DNA from: an uncultured Planctomycetota bacterium
GTDB taxonomy: Bacteria; Planctomycetota; Planctomycetia; Isosphaerales; Isosphaeraceae
Length of the DNA: 64,000 nucleotides
Reading direction: 5' to 3'
Assembly (NCBI GenBank): GCA_963737655.1
Contig: CAVTTN010000002.1
Coordinates: 3,296,001-3,360,000 of the forward strand
The notes under the pieces are model-generated. The model was not told where the DNA came from. It ran no database searches and was given only the letters and a program-made list of their open reading frames with translations. This document shows positions 1 through 9,882 of the stretch, piece by piece. Both the position numbers and the translations under genes were made by a program. Numbering within the stretch: position 1 is the stretch's first letter; each line of letters opens with the position of its first letter.

Positions 1-1046
1 AACACGAGTCCTCCACCGCTTTCATTCACCAGCTCCGGCAGGGCCCCGAGGTCGCGAACGACGACCGGTGTCCCCTCGTGGAACGCTTCCAGGACCACAT
101 AGCCGAACGTTTCGTAGACGAGAGAAGGCACGACAAGCGCTCGGGCCCCCCGGAACAGGGAGGCGGTCCCGGCCGCGGTCAATCGACCCTCGAAATGGAC
201 GTTCGCCATGCCTTCGGCCTGCTTCCGCAGGTCGGTCTCGTACCGGCCGGAGCCGGCGATCCGGAGGTCGATGCCGGGGAGGTGCCTCATGGCGTCGATC
301 GCGTCCTGAAACCCCTTGATCTTCTCCAGGCGACCGGCCGCCGCGACATACGGGCGATCGAATCGCGGTGTTTCGACATGAAACCCCCGGCCATAGTCGT
401 CCGGGAGGAAGTAGGGCAGGAAGGTCGAAGGGGCCTGGATGCCCCGGCGGGCATGCTCGCGCTGGGTGGAGCGGCTCGGGCAGATCAGGGCGTCCAGGTG
501 GCGGAGCGAGCGGTCCCGGAGCGACGTCTCTCGCCAGAGTTGCGGCGGACGCCTCGACGTAAAACAGCATTTTACGCACTCTGTCCGTTCGCAGACGCCT
601 GCATCGAACTTCCAGAGGACGGAGAGCGGGCAGACCAGCCAGTGTTCGTGGGTCGTCATCAGCTTGACTGCCCCGTCGGCCGGCAGGGCGAGGAGCCCGG
701 GGCCGCCGATCAGGGAGATATTGTGGAAGTGGACGACGTCGGGCCGGATCTCGCGATAGAGCCGGCGGATCGCCGCGGCCTTGAAGGCGGGAATCCCGAG
801 CTGATGGGTGGCCAGGGGCGAGAGAGGGCCAACGGCGCTCTGGAGAGCATGAACGATCACTCCGGGATGCGGGTCGAACGGTCGCGGCTGCTCGTCGCCG
901 CGGACCGTCTCGTAAGCGTCCCGGCAGTAGACGACATGGACCTCGTGCCCCAGCCCCGCCAGGGCCCGAGAGAGCCGATCGACGAACGCGGCGTCTCCGC
1001 CGAAGCTGTGGGGGCCGAAGAAGGTCGTCATCATGCAGAACTTCAT
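1..1046 (-). CDS. Glycosyltransferase family 4 protein (runs off the left edge, 3' end missing)
   Basis: Translated by hand; absent from the ORF track because there is no stop in the window. MKFCMMTTFFGPHSFGG...DVVHFHN...AAGRLEKIKG...VPSLVYETFGYVVLEAF carries the GT4 E-x7-E motif. ATGA overlap with the upstream gene. Confidence 0.88.
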   Translation of the reverse strand, partial: MKFCMMTTFFGPHSFGGDAAFVDRLSRALAGLGHEVHVVYCRDAYETVRGDEQPRPFDPHPGVIVHALQSAVGPLSPLATHQLGIPAFKAAAIRRLYREIRPDVVHFHNISLIGGPGLLALPADGAVKLMTTHEHWLVCPLSVLWKFDAGVCERTECVKCCFTSRRPPQLWRETSLRDRSLRHLDALICPSRSTQREHARRGIQAPSTFLPYFLPDDYGRGFHVETPRFDRPYVAAAGRLEKIKGFQDAIDAMRHLPGIDLRIAGSGRYETDLRKQAEGMANVHFEGRLTAAGTASLFRGARALVVPSLVYETFGYVVLEAFHEGTPVVVRDLGALPELVNESGGGLV

Positions 1047-2227
1047 GCGGCCTCTCCGCGAGCCGGTCGGCCCAGGACGTCGTCGAACAGAGAGATCAGC
1101 GCGCGGGCCGACGCCTCCCAGGAATACCTCCGGGACCGTTCCAGGGCCCGAGCGGCCATCGCCGATCGCCTCTCGGGCTCCGCGAACAGGCCCCGGATCG
1201 CCGCCGCGATTCCGCCGACGTTCGTCGGGTCGAAGAACGTGCCGGCCCCGCCGATGACCTCGGGCAACGAACCGGCCCGGCTCGCCAGGACGGGCGTCCC
1301 GCACGCCATCGCCTCGACCGGCGGCAGCCCGAACCCCTCCATCAACGACGGCTGGATCAGCGCGAATGCCCGGTTGTAAAAGTGAGCGAGGTCATCGTCG
1401 GGCACGAATCCCGTGAACCGGACCCGACCGACGAGCCCGGACCGATCGACGGCATTCCGCAACTCCGGAACGTGCGTGAGGAACACGTCGCCGAGGTCGC
1501 CGACGAGCACCAGCTCGGCCTCTTCTGGCGCCCCGATCGCGAATGCCTCGATCAGCCTCACGAGGTTCTTGTGGGGGCTGAGTCCGCCGACGTAGAGCAG
1601 GAACGGACGGCCCGGATCGACGCCGAATCGCCCGAGCACCTCGTCGGACTTTCGGCCCGGCGCGATCGGTCGGAATACTCGTTCGGGCCCTTCCGGGATG
1701 ACCACAATGCGCGACTCGGGCAGGCCGAACCAGGTCAGCAGATCGCGCCGGGCCGACCACGACACCGTGGCGATCCGGTCCGCCCACATCACGGCGGCGT
1801 GCTCCTTCACGGCCCAGGCGAACCGGCCTTTCCACGACGGGAAGACCAGCCCGGGATGGGCGAGGGCGAGCGTGTCGTGCATCGTCACGACGACCCTCGG
1901 CACGTTCCACACGGGAAAGAAGCTGTAGGAGGCGGGGAAATACATCAGGTCGAGGCGACTCTTCGAGGCGGCCCGGCCCATCGCCAGGAGGTCGCGGACC
2001 CCCCTTCGCCCCGAGGCCGAGGCGGCCCGGCTCGGCGCCTCTCGGACGTTCACGGCCACTGTCTCGAACCCGGCCGGCACGCGGACGGACTCCAGAGACG
2101 GCCGGTCGACGAGGACGACGAACTCATGGGGCGGGTTCGCCTCGGCAAGGGCGCCGACGACCCCTCGGGCGAATCGGCCAAACCCCCGACGATTGGAGAG
2201 GCACCCGCCGTCGATCCCGATCCTCAT
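1043..2227 (-). CDS. Glycosyltransferase family 4 (group 1, mannosyltransferase-like)
   Basis: MRIGIDG start, YVGGLSPHKN, PSLMEGFGLPPVEAMACGTPV. Confidence 0.93.
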   Translation of the reverse strand: MRIGIDGGCLSNRRGFGRFARGVVGALAEANPPHEFVVLVDRPSLESVRVPAGFETVAVNVREAPSRAASASGRRGVRDLLAMGRAASKSRLDLMYFPASYSFFPVWNVPRVVVTMHDTLALAHPGLVFPSWKGRFAWAVKEHAAVMWADRIATVSWSARRDLLTWFGLPESRIVVIPEGPERVFRPIAPGRKSDEVLGRFGVDPGRPFLLYVGGLSPHKNLVRLIEAFAIGAPEEAELVLVGDLGDVFLTHVPELRNAVDRSGLVGRVRFTGFVPDDDLAHFYNRAFALIQPSLMEGFGLPPVEAMACGTPVLASRAGSLPEVIGGAGTFFDPTNVGGIAAAIRGLFAEPERRSAMAARALERSRRYSWEASARALISLFDDVLGRPARGEAA

Positions 2228-3009
2228 CGTCGATCCTCCGAAGGCTTTCGGGCGAGGACCAGGGTGCTATGCCCGACCGGCAATCGCAGGCCGAATCGGC
2301 CCACGGCGATGGCCTCGATGCTCGCGACCGCCCCCATCCACCGACTTGCCCACGAGGGGCCGCATTTCGCCCTCAAACCGGCTCCCGACGGATGCCCCCC
2401 CGCCCTTCCCAACGTCGCCAAGCCCACCAACTCCGAGATGACCGCCGGGACAGCGTTCACGGACGAGGCCCGGACGATCCGCATCCCCGACCGACGGACG
2501 ACCGCCGAGAGTTCTCGAAGCCGGTAAGGCCGGGAGCCCTCGCGATCGTCCGGCCAGATCCCCCGGCCGTTGGCCCGGATCAAGGCGAATCCGCCTGGTC
2601 GTAGGACCCGGACGAGTTCGGCCGCCGCGATTGCATCCGAACCGGCGGGCAGGTGCTGGAAGACGTCGAAACAGGTCACGAGGTCGAAGCATGATCCGGG
2701 GAACGGCAATTCCAGGGCGTCTCCCGGTAGGACGATCGCCCGAGCGACCTTGCGGGCGAGATCTCGGGCCGCCGGGTTCGGGTCGATGCCGATGACCTCA
2801 CGGAATTCGGCGCGAGCGACCAGTCGCGAGAGCGTCCCGCCGGCCCCGCAACCGACGTCCAGGGCCGACAGGCCGGTCTCGCCCGCCATCGCCCGATCGA
2901 TCCAGGCCGAGGCGATTTGCCACATCGCCCGCGGCCACCAGTGGGCTTGCTCTCTCGTGTGGAGCAGGTCGAAATACCGAGGGTCGTCCAGCGAGAGCCC
3001 GGCGCTCAT
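2224..3009 (-). CDS. Class I SAM-dependent methyltransferase
   Basis: LDVGCGAGG motif I, GDALELPF, FDLVTCFDVFQHL, RVLRPGG. Start placed at MSAGLS (ATGA overlap with the flippase stop). Confidence 0.88.
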   Translation of the reverse strand: MSAGLSLDDPRYFDLLHTREQAHWWPRAMWQIASAWIDRAMAGETGLSALDVGCGAGGTLSRLVARAEFREVIGIDPNPAARDLARKVARAIVLPGDALELPFPGSCFDLVTCFDVFQHLPAGSDAIAAAELVRVLRPGGFALIRANGRGIWPDDREGSRPYRLRELSAVVRRSGMRIVRASSVNAVPAVISELVGLATLGRAGGHPSGAGLRAKCGPSWASRWMGAVASIEAIAVGRFGLRLPVGHSTLVLARKPSEDRR

Positions 3010-4427
3010 CCCAAGGCCCTCCGCATCGTCGGCCAGCGAACGAGGCCGAAGGCCGACGCCCCTCCAAGACTCGCCGCCCAGATCGGCAGCGGTCTCATCG
3101 CGAGGACGACGGCGGCCATCACGACGCATCCGAAGGCCGTCTCGCGATCGATCGGGCCGATTCGGGTCGTCATCCCGAGCTTCGCGAGGCGAGCACGTCC
3201 CAGGAACGCCCCGAACGCCTCGACCCCGATCATCGCGACCGCCGCCCCGATCGGCCCGGCGAACGTCGCGGCCAGTCCCACGGCGAGCCCGGCGAGTCCG
3301 GCCTGAATCACGGCGATTCGCATCGATTCTCCCTCGAGGCGGACGGCGACCAGCGCGGCCTGATCCAGCGTCGTGGCGAGCAAGAACGGCGTCCTCGCGG
3401 CGATGAGGGCGAGGCAGACGCCTCCTCCGCGGTAGCCCAGGCCGAAGAGGAAGGACATCCAGCCCTCGGCGGTCAGGACCAGCCCGAGGCTGGCCGGGAC
3501 CGCCCAGCCCAGGAGCCCTCGTCTCGCCCGGCCGATCGCCTCGCCGGCCGCCTCGGGGCCCTGGAGGAACGCTCGGGCGATCTTCGGGGCGACCGCCCCC
3601 GGGACGATGATCCCCACGGCCACCACCGCGAAGACCACCCGCCGGGCCGCCGCATACGGACCGGTCCCGGCGGTCCCCATCGCCCCCAGAAGGAGGACGT
3701 CCGCTCCATAGCAGGCGACCCGGGCGAACCGCGAGACGCTCGCGACCAGGCCGCGACGGGTCAGGACGACGAGGCTTCGGACGTGAGGAAGCCGTCGGGG
3801 AATCGCGAATGCCCCCCTCGTCGTCGCGAAGAACGCCGCCAGGACGACCTCGGCAATCGCCGGACAGGACGCCGCGACGAGAAGGTCGTCCGGGTCATTC
3901 ACCAGCAGGAAGCCGGCCGAGGCCAGGGCCAGCGTTCGCAAGACCTGAGCCATCGCCACCAGCCCGAGTCGTCCCAGGGCCCGGGGCGTGACGTCCGCAA
4001 CCAGGGCAGACGGCACGAGCATGAGGCCCGAGACCGCCAGGACGCCTCGGCCCCGATCCGCCATCAGCGCCGCCGCCAGCGTCATCATCAGGCCAATCGC
4101 CGCCCCGAGGAGCTTTAAACCGAGCAAAGCCGAGGTGATCGGCCGGGCGATTCGGTGATTCCTGGCGATTTCGCGGATCGCGATCGTCTCGGCCCCGCTT
4201 CGGACCCAGAGGAGCATCATCGCCGTCAACGCCGAAGCAAATTCCAGGCTCGCGAACGACCTGGGGCCGAGGGTCCTCGCGAGGTGGATCGTCACGCCGA
4301 AACCGACGAGGCCGGCGATCGCTTCGGACGCGACCAGGCAGGCGAGTCCGAACGAGGATCGACCCGAGGCGCCTCCCCGCGAGGCGGGCGTAATCCGCGA
4401 AGGTCGCCGCGAGGCGAGAGTGGTCAT
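3006..4427 (-). CDS. Wzx-like oligosaccharide flippase
   Basis: Many hydrophobic segments, LARTLGP..F N-terminal pattern, GPYAAARR; located in a glycosyltransferase operon. Confidence 0.8.
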   Translation of the reverse strand: MTTLASRRPSRITPASRGGASGRSSFGLACLVASEAIAGLVGFGVTIHLARTLGPRSFASLEFASALTAMMLLWVRSGAETIAIREIARNHRIARPITSALLGLKLLGAAIGLMMTLAAALMADRGRGVLAVSGLMLVPSALVADVTPRALGRLGLVAMAQVLRTLALASAGFLLVNDPDDLLVAASCPAIAEVVLAAFFATTRGAFAIPRRLPHVRSLVVLTRRGLVASVSRFARVACYGADVLLLGAMGTAGTGPYAAARRVVFAVVAVGIIVPGAVAPKIARAFLQGPEAAGEAIGRARRGLLGWAVPASLGLVLTAEGWMSFLFGLGYRGGGVCLALIAARTPFLLATTLDQAALVAVRLEGESMRIAVIQAGLAGLAVGLAATFAGPIGAAVAMIGVEAFGAFLGRARLAKLGMTTRIGPIDRETAFGCVVMAAVVLAMRPLPIWAASLGGASAFGLVRWPTMRRALG

Positions 4428-5416
4428 TCCGCCCCCGCTTTCTCGGCGGTCACCTGCCAGACCGGGCCGAACTCGCAGGCCATCCGGCGAGCGACGGGCA
4501 CGCGGCGGCCGACCTCATAGAGCCGGCGGAGCCAACCCGGGACGGCCCCGACCGGGCACTCGGGAGCCGAGGTGACGACCCGGCTCCAGCCGGCCCGAGA
4601 GGCCATTCGCGAGGCGTCCGTCGCCGAAGCCGGGCGCACTTTCCACTCCCGCCCGGTCTTCTTGCGGACGATCCGTTCCTGACGCCTCCGGGAGCGCCAG
4701 CCCAGGCCCCAGATGCCGGTATGAGGGTCGGGGAGCAAGCTCCGTCGATTCGGGCCCCAGAGGACCAGGCGGCCTCCGGGACGAGCGACGCGGAGGCATT
4801 CGGCGAGGGCCCCCGATGGGTCATCCAGATGTTCCAGGAGGCTATCGGCGACTACCGCCGAAAAGATCCCATCGGGCCACGGCAGGGCCGAGGCATGCGC
4901 GACCGTCAGCCGGACATCGGCCGATTCGAGCCGTTTTCGAGCGACGACGAGCCATCGCGAGGCCACGTCGGCCCCCTCGATCGCGACCCCTCGACGGTTC
5001 GCCGAGGCGAGCAAGCCGCCGGTCCCGCAACCGACCTCCAGGACCGGGCCTTCGATCGGCAAGAGCCGGGCCAGGACGTCTCCCCGACGCTCCGCACCGG
5101 CGATATGCGCGAGGAATCGGAGCCGGGACGCGCCTTCCACGTCGGGTGTCCGGTCATAATACGCGGAGGCCAGGCCGATCAGGTCGAGCCCGGGAGCGAT
5201 CTCGGCGAGCTCCTCGGCCTTCTTCCGTTCGGCGAAGAGGGGCAAGTAACGATCGGACCGGAGGCGGAGGTCGGGCATCCCGGCGACCGTCGGATAAATC
5301 CGCAAGCACGGCCGACACGCCAGCCCCACGAGCGGCGCCCGGCATTTCGGACAGGCCAGGGGCGTCCTCGGCGGCGAGGCAGCCGGTCCGGAGGCCGGGA
5401 CTTGGCGGCGGTCCAT
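4424..5416 (-). CDS. Class I SAM-dependent methyltransferase with N-terminal Trm112-like Zn ribbon
   Basis: LACPKCRAPL..CRPC..YPTVAGMPDL, then VLEVGCGTGG, LLEHL, RVARPGG. Start uncertain. Confidence 0.82.
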   Translation of the reverse strand: MDRRQVPASGPAASPPRTPLACPKCRAPLVGLACRPCLRIYPTVAGMPDLRLRSDRYLPLFAERKKAEELAEIAPGLDLIGLASAYYDRTPDVEGASRLRFLAHIAGAERRGDVLARLLPIEGPVLEVGCGTGGLLASANRRGVAIEGADVASRWLVVARKRLESADVRLTVAHASALPWPDGIFSAVVADSLLEHLDDPSGALAECLRVARPGGRLVLWGPNRRSLLPDPHTGIWGLGWRSRRRQERIVRKKTGREWKVRPASATDASRMASRAGWSRVVTSAPECPVGAVPGWLRRLYEVGRRVPVARRMACEFGPVWQVTAEKAGAE

Positions 5417-5512
5417 CGAAGCGACGCTCCTCCCTGAGCGCATTCCGGCTCCATCCCGAAGGCGACGCCCGACGATACCCGCCCCGGCCCGATCCGGCAA
5501 CGCCGATGTGGC

Positions 5513-8500
5513 CTAGCCCATGCCCCCCGCCGACTGAACGGCCATCGGCTCGGCCAGGTCCAGGTCGGGGGCGAACCCTCGCCTCATAGTGTTTTCGGTG
5601 ACCGTCCTCGTCAGGAGGAATTCGCGGAGGTAATCCGTACCGCCGGCCTTCGTGCCGATCCCGGAGAGCTTGAAGCCGCCGAACGGCTGGCGATCGACCA
5701 GGGCCCCGGTGATCGAGCGGTTGATGTACAGGTTGCCGACCCGGAATTCCCGTTTCACGCGGTCGATATGGGCCGGGCTCCTCGAGAAGAGGCCGCCGGT
5801 CAGGGCGTATTCGGTCCCGTTGGCAATCTTCAGGGCGTCGTCGAGGTCCCGGGCGCGGATCACCGCGAGGATCGGCCCGAAAATCTCTTCCTGGGCGACT
5901 CTCGCCGAGGGAGAGACGTCCGCGACGACCAGAGGGCCGACGAAATGCCCCTTGCCGGCGAGGTCTCCGGCCTCGACCTTCGCCACGACCCGCCCTTCCC
6001 TCTCGGCGATCGCCTGATACCGCTCGATCCGGGCGCGAGCGTCGGCGTCGATCACGGGGCCGACGTCCGTGGCGGGGTCGTCGGCCGGGCCGACCTTGAG
6101 GCCCTTCGTGGCCTCGGCCAGACGGGTCACGAAGGCGTCGTACAGGCCGTCCAGGACGATCGCCCGCGAGCACGCCGAACACTTCTGGCCCGAGTAGCCG
6201 AACGCCGCCTGCACCACGCCGACCACCGCTTCATCCAGGTCGGCGTCGTCGTCGATGATCGTGGCGTTCTTGCCGCCCATCTCGGCGATCACTCGTTTGA
6301 CGTGGTCCTGGCCCGGCTTCGTCTCGGCCGCCCGGCGGTTGATTTCCAAACCCACGGCCCGGCTGCCGGTGAAGCTGATCAGGTCCACGGCCGGATGATC
6401 GACCAGCGCCTGGCCAACGACCTCTCCTCGCCCCGGCAGGAAGCTCAATACCCCGTCCGGGAGGCCGGCTTCCTTCAAGGCACGGACCAGTTCCCAGGCG
6501 ATGACCGGCGACTGCTCGGCCGGCTTCAGGATCACCGCGTTCCCCGCCACCAGGGCCGCGACGGTCATCCCGCAGGGGATCGCCAGCGGGAAATTCCAGG
6601 GAGGGATGACCACGACGACCCCCCGGGCGATGTGCTCGATCCGGTTCGTCTCTCCGGGGACGTCGCGGGCCTGGGGGGAGTCGAGACGGATCATCTCCCG
6701 AGCGTAAAACTCGCAAAAGTCGATCGCTTCGGCGAGGTCGGCGTCGGCTTCTCGCCACGGCTTGCCGCATTCGACGACTTCGACGGCCGCCAGCTCGAAC
6801 TTCTTCCTGCGGAGGACGTCCGCGGCCCGGATCAAGACATCGGCCCGATCGCGGGCCGGGGTGATCGACCAGGACGAGAAAGCAGTTCGGGCGATCTTGA
6901 CCGCCATGTCGGCGTCTTCGGCGGTCCCGGACGCGGTCCGGCTGACGATTTGACCCAGGTCGTTTGGGCTGGCGACCTCCAAGATCTCGCCCCGGGCCTG
7001 GTGATCCTCCCAGAGTCGGAGAGGGACGGCGATCGGGCCTCGGCCCAGCCTCTCGGAGAGCGAGGCCAGGGCCTTCCTCATCGCCTCTCGGTGCTCGGGC
7101 CGCGTGAAGTCGGTCAACGGCTCGTTGCGGAACGGTGTCAAGGGACCGGACGCTTCGGCCCTGGCGGGACGCTTCCGACCGAACATCGCTCCGGTCTCCT
7201 CGGGGTTCCTCAGCAACTCGTCAATCTTCCTCTTGCCCGACGCGCTGGCCTTCAAGAACGACTCGTTCGACGTGTTTTCCAGGAGCCGGCGGACGAGATA
7301 AGCCATCCCCGGCAGCATGGCGCCATAGGGGGTGTAGACCCGGCACCGAAGGCCCTCGGCGGCCAGGGCCCGCGCGATCGGCTCGCCCATCCCGTGGAGC
7401 ACCTGGACCTCGAACGCATCGCGAGGGACGCCGAACGCCTCGGCCGCCGCCATCCCGGCCGCGAGGCTGCGGACGTTGTGACTTCCCAGGGCGGGGCGGA
7501 GGGTCCGGTAATGCTCCATCAGGAACCGGGCGCAGCGTTCGTAATTGGCGTCGGACTGCCACTTCTCGGTATAGACCGGGATCGGCCAGCCCAGCTGCTG
7601 GGCGTGGAGCACCTCGTAATCCCAGTACGCCCCCTTGACCAGCCGGATCGTGATCGGAGTTCCTCGCGAGCGGACCCAGTCGCGGAGCCGTTCGAGGTCG
7701 GCCATCGCCTCGGGCAGATACGCCTGGCAGACGATCCCCGCGTGGGGCCAGTCGCGGAACTCCGGTTCTTCCAGGACGGTTCGGAAGATCGAGTAGGTCA
7801 GATCCTTGTGAGCGTACTGCTCCATGTCGACGTTCACGAACGCGCCGACTTCCTTCGCCGTCCGCAAGATCGGCCGGAGCCGCTGGAGGACGGCCGCGGA
7901 GGTCGTCTCGGCGTGGATGGCGTCGAAACGTGTCGTGAGGCTTGTGAGCTTCAGGGAGAGATTGACGCGAGGGATGGGGCCGTCGTGGCCGCGGTCGATC
8001 GTGGGGATTTCGGCCGCGGAGTTCAGGGGGCCGGCGAGCCCTCGGAGCAGGTCGAGGCAGGTCTTCTGATAGACGTCGGCCTCGGTCTCGGAGATCACGG
8101 CCTCGCCCAGGAGGTCGGCGGTGAAGGCCAGGCCCTTGCGACGAAGCCCCTGAACGGTGACGAACGCCTCCTCGGGCGTCGATCCCGCGATGAAGCGCCG
8201 GGCCATGGTCGTTGCCGCGAACCGGGCGAGCCCGGCGAGCATGGCGTCTCCCAGGGGGCCCGGCGGGGTCAGGGCCATGGGCCCCCGGATCAGGCCCGGG
8301 ACGCGGTCGCCGGCTTCGTCCAGGTACTCGGCCAGGTGCCTCCGGGCCGATCGGGCCGAGGCGAGGGTGGGCAAGGCGTCGATGAACCGGAAAAGCTGGA
8401 CCTTGGCCTCGTCGTGGCCCATCGTCAGGCCCATCAGGCGGTCGTCCCACCAGGCCCGTTGCCAGGGGGCCGGCCCGCGGCCAATCCGGGCGAACAGGTC

Positions 8501-8557
8501 GCGGCCGATCTGCCTGGTGCGACCCTCCAGGTCCTCCGTCGTTGAGATCACCGCCAT
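5513..8557 (-). CDS. putA: Bifunctional proline dehydrogenase / L-glutamate-5-semialdehyde dehydrogenase
   Basis: QLFRFID, DLLGE, VDMEQ, IRLVKGAYWD, YLVRRLLENTSN (PRODH); PWNFPLAI, FTGS, EMGGKN, SGQKCSAC, EEIFGP (ALDH). GGAGG upstream of MAVIS. Confidence 0.95.
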   Translation of the reverse strand: MAVISTTEDLEGRTRQIGRDLFARIGRGPAPWQRAWWDDRLMGLTMGHDEAKVQLFRFIDALPTLASARSARRHLAEYLDEAGDRVPGLIRGPMALTPPGPLGDAMLAGLARFAATTMARRFIAGSTPEEAFVTVQGLRRKGLAFTADLLGEAVISETEADVYQKTCLDLLRGLAGPLNSAAEIPTIDRGHDGPIPRVNLSLKLTSLTTRFDAIHAETTSAAVLQRLRPILRTAKEVGAFVNVDMEQYAHKDLTYSIFRTVLEEPEFRDWPHAGIVCQAYLPEAMADLERLRDWVRSRGTPITIRLVKGAYWDYEVLHAQQLGWPIPVYTEKWQSDANYERCARFLMEHYRTLRPALGSHNVRSLAAGMAAAEAFGVPRDAFEVQVLHGMGEPIARALAAEGLRCRVYTPYGAMLPGMAYLVRRLLENTSNESFLKASASGKRKIDELLRNPEETGAMFGRKRPARAEASGPLTPFRNEPLTDFTRPEHREAMRKALASLSERLGRGPIAVPLRLWEDHQARGEILEVASPNDLGQIVSRTASGTAEDADMAVKIARTAFSSWSITPARDRADVLIRAADVLRRKKFELAAVEVVECGKPWREADADLAEAIDFCEFYAREMIRLDSPQARDVPGETNRIEHIARGVVVVIPPWNFPLAIPCGMTVAALVAGNAVILKPAEQSPVIAWELVRALKEAGLPDGVLSFLPGRGEVVGQALVDHPAVDLISFTGSRAVGLEINRRAAETKPGQDHVKRVIAEMGGKNATIIDDDADLDEAVVGVVQAAFGYSGQKCSACSRAIVLDGLYDAFVTRLAEATKGLKVGPADDPATDVGPVIDADARARIERYQAIAEREGRVVAKVEAGDLAGKGHFVGPLVVADVSPSARVAQEEIFGPILAVIRARDLDDALKIANGTEYALTGGLFSRSPAHIDRVKREFRVGNLYINRSITGALVDRQPFGGFKLSGIGTKAGGTDYLREFLLTRTVTENTMRRGFAPDLDLAEPMAVQSAGGMG

Positions 8558-8756
8558 GCGTGCGAGGCCTCCCCCGGGTCGTCTCCCCCTCTTAGTGTAC
8601 GCTGGGCGGGTCGGGAAGGGTCGCAAATCCGAGGTCTTCGGGTCGGCGGACCGTTACCTTCGTCACGGATTGGTGTTTCAATGACGCTCGCCCCTCCTCG
8701 GGTGGTCCGCCGAGGGGCGCCGTCCGCATCCTTGCAAGGAAGAGGGAGCCTGACCG

Positions 8757-9107
8757 ATGCAGAGCCGCCGCCGCTTCGCCCGGGTCCTCGTCTGTGGGGT
8801 GGCCGTCCTGGCCGTCCTGGTCGTGCCCGTCCTGGCCGACGAGCTGATCGGGACCGTCAAGTCCGTCGACGTCGATGCCAAGAAGCTCGTGGTCCTGGAG
8901 AAGGAAACGGACAAGGAGATCACCGTCACCGTCACCGACACCACCGAGTACGAGAGCGCCAAGGGGAAGACCAGCAAGGTGGACCTGGAGAAGATGAAGG
9001 GGAACGTCGAGAAGGCCAAGGGGAAATACGCGGTGACGATCACCCACGAGGGCGGGGTGGCGTCGAAGATCAAGGCCACGCCGAAGAAGAAGACCGAGGC
9101 GAGGTGA
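8757..9107 (+). CDS. Small exported Lys-rich beta-barrel (OB-fold/DUF5666-like) protein
   Basis: Signal peptide ending PVLA-DE; GTVKSVD..KKLVV; strong codon bias; GGGAG RBS. Confidence 0.7.
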   Translation: MQSRRRFARVLVCGVAVLAVLVVPVLADELIGTVKSVDVDAKKLVVLEKETDKEITVTVTDTTEYESAKGKTSKVDLEKMKGNVEKAKGKYAVTITHEGGVASKIKATPKKKTEAR

Positions 9108-9245
9108 TCTCCCGGCCGAGCAATCCGGGATTGCCCGGAATCGGGCCTCCTGGTATCGAAGGGCCTCGGGTCCGGCCCTCGGCGGCGTCTGAGCCGTTCG
9201 GGGGAGGCCGGGTCCGGCCCTCTTGATGCAGGAGGCACGTCCTCG

Positions 9246-9503
9246 ATGAAGAACCTGACGAGGCGAGCGGCCGTCGTGGCCGGGACGATCGGCCTGATGG
9301 CCCCCGCGGCGATGGCCCAGAAGGCCCCCAAGCCCCGCAAGTACGCGAGGCTCCACAAGGCCGTCGAAGACATGGCCGCCGCCAAGGAATGGCTCAAGAA
9401 GTCCCCCGACGTCTTCGGCGGGCACAAGCAGAAGTCGATCGAGGCCATCGACGCCGCCATCGCCGAGGTCCGCGCCGGCCTGATCTACGCCAAGGACCTG
9501 TGA
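9246..9503 (+). CDS. Small exported helical protein
   Basis: GGAGG RBS; signal peptide with TRR..AMA; FGGHKQKSIEAIDAAI helical hairpin. Confidence 0.7.
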   Translation: MKNLTRRAAVVAGTIGLMAPAAMAQKAPKPRKYARLHKAVEDMAAAKEWLKKSPDVFGGHKQKSIEAIDAAIAEVRAGLIYAKDL

Positions 9504-9548
9504 TCGGTCCCTCACGATCGAAATTCGCCCCGGGAACGGCCCCGCCGC

Positions 9549-9578
9549 TTGACGCGAGGCCCCTTCCCGGGGTACACT
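9549..9578 (+). promoter_or_regulatory. sigma70-type promoter upstream of the SAM riboswitch
   Basis: TTGACG (9549-9554), 18 nt, TACACT (9573-9578). An alternative -10 CATAAT lies at 9587-9592. Confidence 0.5.
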
Positions 9579-9600
9579 TCCGGCATCATAATTCGGTGCG

Positions 9601-9745
9601 CATCTTATCCAGAGTGGCTGAGGGACGGGCCCGATGACGCCACAGCAACCGGTCCGCCATCATGGCGGACGCAGGTGCTAACTCCTGCCTGGGTCTTTTC
9701 GGACGGCTTTGCCGATCCGAGGAGGTCGCCGGGATAGATAAGATG
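9601..9745 (+). promoter_or_regulatory. SAM-I (S-box) riboswitch aptamer
   Basis: P1 CATCTTATC/GATAAGATG is a perfect 9 bp. Conserved core CAGAG-TGGC-TGAGGGA..GGCCC-GATGA-CGCCAC-AGCAACC ... GGTGCTAACTCC; P3 extension GTCCGCCAT/ATGGCGGAC; long P4. Confidence 0.93.
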
Positions 9746-9882
9746 GTCGAGGTCGGCCGCCTCGTCTCTTGAGGGCCGAGCCGATCCCCCCTTATCCATC
9801 CTGAACGTTCCCCGGGCCCTCTCGCAGGGTTCCTGGATCGAGACGCGCATCGGGCGGCCCTCGATCCCGGAGTCCCCAAGCG

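Noticed and set aside
5768..8545. 925-aa + strand ORF and similar long ORFs (78-1379, 22562-24496, 25614-27908, 44484-48137, 49767-51794, 57565-59556)
   Set aside because: Antisense shadows of real genes; the high-GC codon pattern suppresses stops, and they have no recognisable motifs.
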